A stretch of 64,000 nucleotides of DNA. It comes from Azolla caroliniana (Eukaryota; Plantae; Polypodiophyta). The stretch's first letter is position 1; every line of letters begins with the position of its first letter. Position numbers and translations under genes: made by a program. Shown piece after piece: positions 50,231-61,300 of this stretch. The notes beneath the pieces are model-generated. The model saw nothing but the letters and a program-made list of their open reading frames with translations, was not told where the DNA came from and did not search any database. The stretch spans positions 16,864,001 through 16,928,000 of the forward strand of contig JBHGNT010000014.1 of assembly GCA_043228905.1 (NCBI GenBank). The letters are read 5' to 3'.

Positions 50231-52273
50231 TCAACCGAGTTCCTCTGCACGCTCGTCGACCTCGTCTGACTTCGTCTTCCACTTCGAGTATGCGCAATCT
50301 TTCCAACCGAACCACCGTAGCCACCCGATCCACCATATCCGGCGCTCACACCTTCTTCCCTGACCGGTTGTAGTAGATCTACCGAACGATGTCGTCGATA
50401 CGACCACTCTTCCTTCGTCCACCGCGCTTGTCCTTCGACTGGGTTCCTGGCCACTCCTCGCGCTCACCGTCTTCAACCAGGTGTTGTGGATCGTTCGTGT
50501 CCATCTTCGATTATGCCATGTTTGCCCTTCTTCGGATCGGTCTCCGCCGATCGCTTCTTGGCTTGGTTGGCCTTCATCTACATTCGCATTTCCCTGAGTC
50601 GGGCTCGACCGATTGATTCTGGCTGGGTCGGCCCCCTTTTGGATCGGAATCGTCCGATCGATTTTCGCCGAATCAGGTTTTGGCTGGGTCGGCCCCGGTC
50701 GATCGGCTCCCATGTGGATCTTCCTTCGTTCGGGCCGGAATCTCGGCCGGATCGTCTTCCGGTTCGACCGGTTCTCGACTCTTCCTTCCTTCCCGCATGT
50801 AACCTCTCCATCGAACTCAACCGCGGCTTCATCCTTGGCCTGCTCGTCGGCCATATCCTTCCCTCCGTGTATGCTCGCCGCGAGCCATATTGTCTCCTCT
50901 TCGCCACCTCCTTTATCTTCGGTCTTATGCCGACACACGGTCTCGACTGCCGAAGTCTCCGGAACCGGTGTGAAGGAATCCCTTCGCTCATGCACATTTA
51001 CCTTGTCTTCTTCATCGCCCTTCCGGTCGTCCTCTTTTTTGTCCACACATTCCGTCTCTCCGGTCTCACGTTGGCGCACGTGCACAACCGCCGAAGTCTC
51101 TAGATTAGGTGTGGGGATATCCTTTCTTCCTCGATCTTCTTCCTCCTTGTGTTGGGCCTTCGTCTTCCCGTCACCACCTTCCGTCTCTCCGGTCTCACGT
51201 TGCACATGGGCGCAACCGCCGAAGTCTCTGGAACAAGCGTGAAGAAAGTGTCGACATGGCTATTCGTCGTCGACTCATCCATAGCCACCTCCGACTCGAT
51301 GTCGTTTGTCATGGCTACCTCCTCAATCACGTCGGACTCAAACACTTTATCTCCCTCGATCATGCAAGATTTTCTAATGCTTGCGCCTTCATCACCCGAT
51401 GTTTCGTACACAATGCGTGTTCCGAAACATTTATCCTCCCTCGAAGTGGCGTTCGCCGTCCTCGAGTCATCGGCCTCCTCCTTCGCCGTCGTTTCTTTGT
51501 AAGACAAGAAGGTGACTTGTTTCACGCCTTCTCTCTCGGTACCGTCATACCGAACCAGAGCCTTTGTATCGGCCACTTCATTAACCCGCATTTGTTGGGA
51601 GGTCTCTTCTTCCTCGATCACCATTCGCCTCGGTTTTGTCTCTGTTGTCGTCGATATTCTCGCTTGCCCCTTATCGTGTAGTCGGCATACACTTTCCACT
51701 TTGCTCCAATCCTCGATGAGGCCATTTGCACCATCATCTTCTTCGAGTTTGAGGCCGATCGCCATCCTTTCCATTCGATCGATTGACTTCACGAACATAA
51801 GGACCTTATCGACCCCCACCAATCTTTGTTCCCGCTCCGACAATTGAGAAAAATGATGCTCGAAGTCTACGAATGCATGTGTCGCACCTTGGTGGGTCTT
51901 CCCTAATGTCACCCATTGGTCGAAGTTGTGTCGATCTTGTCCCTTTAGTCTCTCATAGTCATATTCCTCCAATAGAGCCTTCTCGAAAGTCGCCCACGAA
52001 TCATGAGCTTCTAGAAGCTCTTTTACATCTTTGAAGATCGGTTGAGACACCACCCGACAAAAAGTACTCTAGCCTCATAGCTTTGTCCACACCTCTTGAA
52101 TCCATCTCCGCATTGTAGACTTTTAGGAAACTTTGGACTTCGGCACCGTTGAAATAGCTCATTCGTTCGACTACCTTGTCGACGGCTTGTTGGGCTTCAT
52201 TTCTTCTTTTCCCTTCTCTCAGAAACTCCATCATCCTTTTTGACATTGCCTCCATGAGATATTCGCCATCCAT
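50231..52273 (-). pseudogene. gag: Gag-like N-terminus followed by a long charged low-complexity tail; no pol
   Basis: FNGAEVQSFLKVYNAEM...LVGVDKVLMFVKSID...GLIEDW is homologous to the gag of D (FGGRNITDFLATY) and E (FNGKDATSYLEAY); frameshifted pieces. Confidence 0.7.
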
Positions 52274-52320
52274 CTTCGTCCTCCCTTGCTGCTCTTCACG
52301 TCGGGTTCACCAAATGATTA

Positions 52321-55300
52321 TGTCGTGAAGATCCGTCACTACGCGCGGATCGTGAGGCGGAACCGCCGGGGTTCTGGACCAGAAGGATTTAGAGTCGATA
52401 CAAGCTTTGGCGAGAAAGTACTTAAGATAGATTGGGAAAGAGAGAAGTTGAGATTACACGATTGATTTGATAACGAATTTCTTCTTCTTAATTTTCATAA
52501 AAAAAACCCGTGTTTTTCTCCTTCCCCTTCCCTCTTTTATAGATGCTCTCATGCATATGATGCATGTGAGGGTACAAGACATGCATAAATTGCATGTTTG
52601 CCATTTGGCGCTTAAGTATTACATGTGGTGCATGCTAACCATGTCACTCATTTTAGCACTCATGGATGAGAATTTACATGTAAAAGTACAATGATAGAAA
52701 TATAATTTTAACTAAATACCATGGCTTAATGGTAAGCCATTTGACTCCTAACTTGGAGGTGCAAGGTTCGAATCCATACTTGCCCTCCTTGTATATGTAA
52801 ATATGTATATATTTTTATATATTTATTTTATCTAGTCGCCGGTTCGCCGGATACCGTCGCCGGATGCCGACGCCGACGCCGGATCACCGGCTCCATCTCC
52901 GGTCCGGTTTTGGTTGGCCAAAACCCTTTTCGAGTAGCTAGCCACCTCCACTCTTAGTTCAAGTTACCTTTAACTCTCTATGCTCCACACATAGACACAA
53001 AGATAATATCTTTTGCTCCACCTTATATATGATGAGAGCCGTATTTGTCGTGCCTATGTGGGATATCTCACAATTTTCTCTTTTCTTTTCACAAACTTTA
53101 TACCCTCATATCTTGACATTTAGTTGTACGTTTCTCGTGTAATAAAGTGCATTCGAAACCTCCATCATTTTGTACTTAGATATTAAAAATGTTATCTTCA
53201 CAATTATTGTATTACGTGATTCATACTCGATTTTGTACGTTTTATGGGATTTTCACACTATTGCTGAAAATCTTCACGACAGCATAAGCTTTAGCGAGAA
53301 AGTACTTAAGATAGATTGGGAAAGAGAGAAGTTGAGATCACACAATTGAGAGAGATTGATTGAAGTTTTAACTTTAGATTTAAGAAACAAGTTACACGAT
53401 CAATTTGATAACGAATTTCTTCCTCTTAATTTTCATACAAAAAAACCGTGTTTTTTCTCCTCCCCCTTCCCTCTTTTATAGATGCTCTCATGCATATGAT
53501 GCATGTGAGGGTACAAGACATGCATAAATTGCATGTTTGCCATTTGGCGCTTAAGTATTACATGTGGTGCATGCTAACCATGTCACTCATTTTAGCACTC
53601 ATGGATGAGAATTTACATGTAAAAGTACAATGATAGAAATATAATTTTAACTAAATACCATGGCTTAATGGTAAGCCATTTGACTCCTAACTTGGAGGTG
53701 CAAGGTTCGAATCCATACTTGCCCTCCTTGTATATGTAAATATGTATATATTTTTATATATTTATTTTATCTAGTCGCCGGTTCGCCGGATACCGTCGCC
53801 GGATGCCGACGCCGACGCCGGATCACCGGCTCCATCTCCGGTCCGGTTTTGGTTGGCCAAAACCCTTTTCGAGTAGCTAGCCACCTCCACTCTTAGTTCA
53901 AGTTACCTTTAACTCTCTATGCTCCACACATAGACACAAAGATAATATCTTTTGCTCCACCTTATATATGATGAGAGCCGTATTTGTCGTGCCTATGTGG
54001 GATATCTCACAATTTTCTCTTTTCTTTTCACAAACTTTATACCCTCATATCTTGACATTTAGTTGTACGTTTCTCGTGTAATAAAGTGCATTCGAAACCT
54101 CCATCATTTTGTACTTAGATATTAAAAATGTTATCTTCACAATTATTGTATTACGTGATTCATACTCGATTTTGTACGTTTTATGGGATTTTCACACTAT
54201 TGCTGAAAATCTTCACGACAGCATAAGCTTTAGCGAGAAAGTACTTAAGATAGATTGGGAAAGAGAGAAGTTGAGATCACACAATTGAGAGAGATTGATT
54301 GAAGTTTTAACTTTAGATTTAAGAAACAAGTTACACGATCAATTTGATAACGAATTTCTTCCTCTTAATTTTCATACAAAAAAACCGTGTTTTTTCTCCT
54401 CCCCCTTCCCTCTTTTATAGATGCTCTCATGCATATGATGCATGTGAGGGTACAAGACATGCATAAATTGCATGTTTGCCATTTGGCGCTTAAGTATTAC
54501 ATGTGGTGCATGCTAACCATGTCACTCATTTTAGCACTCATGGATGAGAATTTACATGTAAAAGTACAATGATAGAAATATAATTTTAACTAAATACCAT
54601 GGCTTAATGGTAAGCCATTTGACTCCTAACTTGGAGGTGCAAGGTTCGAATCCATACTTGCCCTCCTTGTATATGTAAATATGTATATATTTTTATATAT
54701 TTATTTTATCTAGTCGCCGGTTCGCCGGATACCGTCGCCGGATGCCGACGCCGACGCCGGATCACCGGCTCCATCTCCGGTCCGGTTTTGGTTGGCCAAA
54801 ACCCTTTTCGAGTAGCTAGCCACCTCCACTCTTAGTTCAAGTTACCTTTAACTCTCTATGCTCCACACATAGACACAAAGATAATATCTTTTGCTCCACC
54901 TTATATATGATGAGAGCCGTATTTGTCGTGCCTATGTGGGATATCTCACAATTTTCTCTTTTCTTTTCACAAACTTTATACCCTCATATCTTGACATTTA
55001 GTTGTACGTTTCTCGTGTAATAAAGTGCATTCGAAACCTCCATCATTTTGTACTTAGATATTAAAAATGTTATCTTCACAATTATTGTATTACGTGATTC
55101 ATACTCGATTTTGTACGTTTTATGGGATTTTCACACTATTGCTGAAAATCTTCACGACAGCATAAGCTTTAGCGAGAAAGTACTTAAGATAGATTGGGAA
55201 AGAGAGAAGTTGAGATCACACAATTGAGAGAGATTGATTGAAGTTTTAACTTTAGATTTAAGAAACAAGTTACACGATCAATTTGATAACGAATTTCTTC

Positions 55301-58300
55301 CTCTTAATTTTCATACAAAAAAACCGTGTTTTTTCTCCTCCCCCTTCCCTCTTTTATAGATGCTCTCATGCATATGATGCATGTGAGGGTACAAGACATG
55401 CATAAATTGCATGTTTGCCATTTGGCGCTTAAGTATTACATGTGGTGCATGCTAACCATGTCACTCATTTTAGCACTCATGGATGAGAATTTACATGTAA
55501 AAGTACAATGATAGAAATATAATTTTAACTAAATACCATGGCTTAATGGTAAGCCATTTGACTCCTAACTTGGAGGTGCAAGGTTCGAATCCATACTTGC
55601 CCTCCTTGTATATGTAAATATGTATATATTTTTATATATTTATTTTATCTAGTCGCCGGTTCGCCGGATACCGTCGCCGGATGCCGACGCCGACGCCGGA
55701 TCACCGGCTCCATCTCCGGTCCGGTTTTGGTTGGCCAAAACCCTTTTCGAGTAGCTAGCCACCTCCACTCTTAGTTCAAGTTACCTTTAACTCTCTATGC
55801 TCCACACATAGACACAAAGATAATATCTTTTGCTCCACCTTATATATGATGAGAGCCGTATTTGTCGTGCCTATGTGGGATATCTCACAATTTTCTCTTT
55901 TCTTTTCACAAACTTTATACCCTCATATCTTGACATTTAGTTGTACGTTTCTCGTGTAATAAAGTGCATTCGAAACCTCCATCATTTTGTACTTAGATAT
56001 TAAAAATGTTATCTTCACAATTATTGTATTACGTGATTCATACTCGATTTTGTACGTTTTATGGGATTTTCACACTATTGCTGAAAATCTTCACGACAGC
56101 ATAAGCTTTAGCGAGAAAGTACTTAAGATAGATTGGGAAAGAGAGAAGTTGAGATCACACAATTGAGAGAGATTGATTGAAGTTTTAACTTTAGATTTAA
56201 GAAACAAGTTACACGATCAATTTGATAACGAATTTCTTCCTCTTAATTTTCATACAAAAAAACCGTGTTTTTTCTCCTCCCCCTTCCCTCTTTTATAGAT
56301 GCTCTCATGCATATGATGCATGTGAGGGTACAAGACATGCATAAATTGCATGTTTGCCATTTGGCGCTTAAGTATTACATGTGGTGCATGCTAACCATGT
56401 CACTCATTTTAGCACTCATGGATGAGAATTTACATGTAAAAGTACAATGATAGAAATATAATTTTAACTAAATACCATGGCTTAATGGTAAGCCATTTGA
56501 CTCCTAACTTGGAGGTGCAAGGTTCGAATCCATACTTGCCCTCCTTGTATATGTAAATATGTATATATTTTTATATATTTATTTTATCTAGTCGCCGGTT
56601 CGCCGGATACCGTCGCCGGATGCCGACGCCGACGCCGGATCACCGGCTCCATCTCCGGTCCGGTTTTGGTTGGCCAAAACCCTTTTCGAGTAGCTAGCCA
56701 CCTCCACTCTTAGTTCAAGTTACCTTTAACTCTCTATGCTCCACACATAGACACAAAGATAATATCTTTTGCTCCACCTTATATATGATGAGAGCCGTAT
56801 TTGTCGTGCCTATGTGGGATATCTCACAATTTTCTCTTTTCTTTTCACAAACTTTATACCCTCATATCTTGACATTTAGTTGTACGTTTCTCGTGTAATA
56901 AAGTGCATTCGAAACCTCCATCATTTTGTACTTAGATATTAAAAATGTTATCTTCACAATTATTGTATTACGTGATTCATACTCGATTTTGTACGTTTTA
57001 TGGGATTTTCACACTATTGCTGAAAATCTTCACGACAGCATAAGCTTTAGCGAGAAAGTACTTAAGATAGATTGGGAAAGAGAGAAGTTGAGATCACACA
57101 ATTGAGAGAGATTGATTGAAGTTTTAACTTTAGATTTAAGAAACAAGTTACACGATCAATTTGATAACGAATTTCTTCCTCTTAATTTTCATACAAAAAA
57201 ACCGTGTTTTTTCTCCTCCCCCTTCCCTCTTTTATAGATGCTCTCATGCATATGATGCATGTGAGGGTACAAGACATGCATAAATTGCATGTTTGCCATT
57301 TGGCGCTTAAGTATTACATGTGGTGCATGCTAACCATGTCACTCATTTTAGCACTCATGGATGAGAATTTACATGTAAAAGTACAATGATAGAAATATAA
57401 TTTTAACTAAATACCATGGCTTAATGGTAAGCCATTTGACTCCTAACTTGGAGGTGCAAGGTTCGAATCCATACTTGCCCTCCTTGTATATGTAAATATG
57501 TATATATTTTTATATATTTATTTTATCTAGTCGCCGGTTCGCCGGATACCGTCGCCGGATGCCGACGCCGACGCCGGATCACCGGCTCCATCTCCGGTCC
57601 GGTTTTGGTTGGCCAAAACCCTTTTCGAGTAGCTAGCCACCTCCACTCTTAGTTCAAGTTACCTTTAACTCTCTATGCTCCACACATAGACACAAAGATA
57701 ATATCTTTTGCTCCACCTTATATATGATGAGAGCCGTATTTGTCGTGCCTATGTGGGATATCTCACAATTTTCTCTTTTCTTTTCACAAACTTTATACCC
57801 TCATATCTTGACATTTAGTTGTACGTTTCTCGTGTAATAAAGTGCATTCGAAACCTCCATCATTTTGTACTTAGATATTAAAAATGTTATCTTCACAATT
57901 ATTGTATTACGTGATTCATACTCGATTTTGTACGTTTTATGGGATTTTCACACTATTGCTGAAAATCTTCACGACAGCATAAGCTTTAGCGAGAAAGTAC
58001 TTAAGATAGATTGGGAAAGAGAGAAGTTGAGATCACACAATTGAGAGAGATTGATTGAAGTTTTAACTTTAGATTTAAGAAACAAGTTACACGATCAATT
58101 TGATAACGAATTTCTTCCTCTTAATTTTCATACAAAAAAACCGTGTTTTTTCTCCTCCCCCTTCCCTCTTTTATAGATGCTCTCATGCATATGATGCATG
58201 TGAGGGTACAAGACATGCATAAATTGCATGTTTGCCATTTGGCGCTTAAGTATTACATGTGGTGCATGCTAACCATGTCACTCATTTTAGCACTCATGGA

Positions 58301-61300
58301 TGAGAATTTACATGTAAAAGTACAATGATAGAAATATAATTTTAACTAAATACCATGGCTTAATGGTAAGCCATTTGACTCCTAACTTGGAGGTGCAAGG
58401 TTCGAATCCATACTTGCCCTCCTTGTATATGTAAATATGTATATATTTTTATATATTTATTTTATCTAGTCGCCGGTTCGCCGGATACCGTCGCCGGATG
58501 CCGACGCCGACGCCGGATCACCGGCTCCATCTCCGGTCCGGTTTTGGTTGGCCAAAACCCTTTTCGAGTAGCTAGCCACCTCCACTCTTAGTTCAAGTTA
58601 CCTTTAACTCTCTATGCTCCACACATAGACACAAAGATAATATCTTTTGCTCCACCTTATATATGATGAGAGCCGTATTTGTCGTGCCTATGTGGGATAT
58701 CTCACAATTTTCTCTTTTCTTTTCACAAACTTTATACCCTCATATCTTGACATTTAGTTGTACGTTTCTCGTGTAATAAAGTGCATTCGAAACCTCCATC
58801 ATTTTGTACTTAGATATTAAAAATGTTATCTTCACAATTATTGTATTACGTGATTCATACTCGATTTTGTACGTTTTATGGGATTTTCACACTATTGCTG
58901 AAAATCTTCACGACAGCATAAGCTTTAGCGAGAAAGTACTTAAGATAGATTGGGAAAGAGAGAAGTTGAGATCACACAATTGAGAGAGATTGATTGAAGT
59001 TTTAACTTTAGATTTAAGAAACAAGTTACACGATCAATTTGATAACGAATTTCTTCCTCTTAATTTTCATACAAAAAAACCGTGTTTTTTCTCCTCCCCC
59101 TTCCCTCTTTTATAGATGCTCTCATGCATATGATGCATGTGAGGGTACAAGACATGCATAAATTGCATGTTTGCCATTTGGCGCTTAAGTATTACATGTG
59201 GTGCATGCTAACCATGTCACTCATTTTAGCACTCATGGATGAGAATTTACATGTAAAAGTACAATGATAGAAATATAATTTTAACTAAATACCATGGCTT
59301 AATGGTAAGCCATTTGACTCCTAACTTGGAGGTGCAAGGTTCGAATCCATACTTGCCCTCCTTGTATATGTAAATATGTATATATTTTTATATATTTATT
59401 TTATCTAGTCGCCGGTTCGCCGGATACCGTCGCCGGATGCCGACGCCGACGCCGGATCACCGGCTCCATCTCCGGTCCGGTTTTGGTTGGCCAAAACCCT
59501 TTTCGAGTAGCTAGCCACCTCCACTCTTAGTTCAAGTTACCTTTAACTCTCTATGCTCCACACATAGACACAAAGATAATATCTTTTGCTCCACCTTATA
59601 TATGATGAGAGCCGTATTTGTCGTGCCTATGTGGGATATCTCACAATTTTCTCTTTTCTTTTCACAAACTTTATACCCTCATATCTTGACATTTAGTTGT
59701 ACGTTTCTCGTGTAATAAAGTGCATTCGAAACCTCCATCATTTTGTACTTAGATATTAAAAATGTTATCTTCACAATTATTGTATTACGTGATTCATACT
59801 CGATTTTGTACGTTTTATGGGATTTTCACACTATTGCTGAAAATCTTCACGACAGCATAAGCTTTAGCGAGAAAGTACTTAAGATAGATTGGGAAAGAGA
59901 GAAGTTGAGATCACACAATTGAGAGAGATTGATTGAAGTTTTAACTTTAGATTTAAGAAACAAGTTACACGATCAATTTGATAACGAATTTCTTCCTCTT
60001 AATTTTCATACAAAAAAACCGTGTTTTTTCTCCTCCCCCTTCCCTCTTTTATAGATGCTCTCATGCATATGATGCATGTGAGGGTACAAGACATGCATAA
60101 ATTGCATGTTTGCCATTTGGCGCTTAAGTATTACATGTGGTGCATGCTAACCATGTCACTCATTTTAGCACTCATGGATGAGAATTTACATGTAAAAGTA
60201 CAATGATAGAAATATAATTTTAACTAAATACCATGGCTTAATGGTAAGCCATTTGACTCCTAACTTGGAGGTGCAAGGTTCGAATCCATACTTGCCCTCC
60301 TTGTATATGTAAATATGTATATATTTTTATATATTTATTTTATCTAGTCGCCGGTTCGCCGGATACCGTCGCCGGATGCCGACGCCGACGCCGGATCACC
60401 GGCTCCATCTCCGGTCCGGTTTTGGTTGGCCAAAACCCTTTTCGAGTAGCTAGCCACCTCCACTCTTAGTTCAAGTTACCTTTAACTCTCTATGCTCCAC
60501 ACATAGACACAAAGATAATATCTTTTGCTCCACCTTATATATGATGAGAGCCGTATTTGTCGTGCCTATGTGGGATATCTCACAATTTTCTCTTTTCTTT
60601 TCACAAACTTTATACCCTCATATCTTGACATTTAGTTGTACGTTTCTCGTGTAATAAAGTGCATTCGAAACCTCCATCATTTTGTACTTAGATATTAAAA
60701 ATGTTATCTTCACAATTATTGTATTACGTGATTCATACTCGATTTTGTACGTTTTATGGGATTTTCACACTATTGCTGAAAATCTTCACGACAGCATAAG
60801 CTTTAGCGAGAAAGTACTTAAGATAGATTGGGAAAGAGAGAAGTTGAGATCACACAATTGAGAGAGATTGATTGAAGTTTTAACTTTAGATTTAAGAAAC
60901 AAGTTACACGATCAATTTGATAACGAATTTCTTCCTCTTAATTTTCATACAAAAAAACCGTGTTTTTTCTCCTCCCCCTTCCCTCTTTTATAGATGCTCT
61001 CATGCATATGATGCATGTGAGGGTACAAGACATGCATAAATTGCATGTTTGCCATTTGGCGCTTAAGTATTACATGTGGTGCATGCTAACCATGTCACTC
61101 ATTTTAGCACTCATGGATGAGAATTTACATGTAAAAGTACAATGATAGAAATATAATTTTAACTAAATACCATGGCTTAATGGTAAGCCATTTGACTCCT
61201 AACTTGGAGGTGCAAGGTTCGAATCCATACTTGCCCTCCTTGTATATGTAAATATGTATATATTTTTATATATTTATTTTATCTAGTCGCCGGTTCGCCG

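Noticed and set aside
52715-52786. Functional tRNA-Arg(CCT) gene in each array unit
   Set aside because: The boxes and loop CTCCTAA are tRNA-like, but the acceptor and anticodon stems do not pair. Reported as a tRNA mimic instead.
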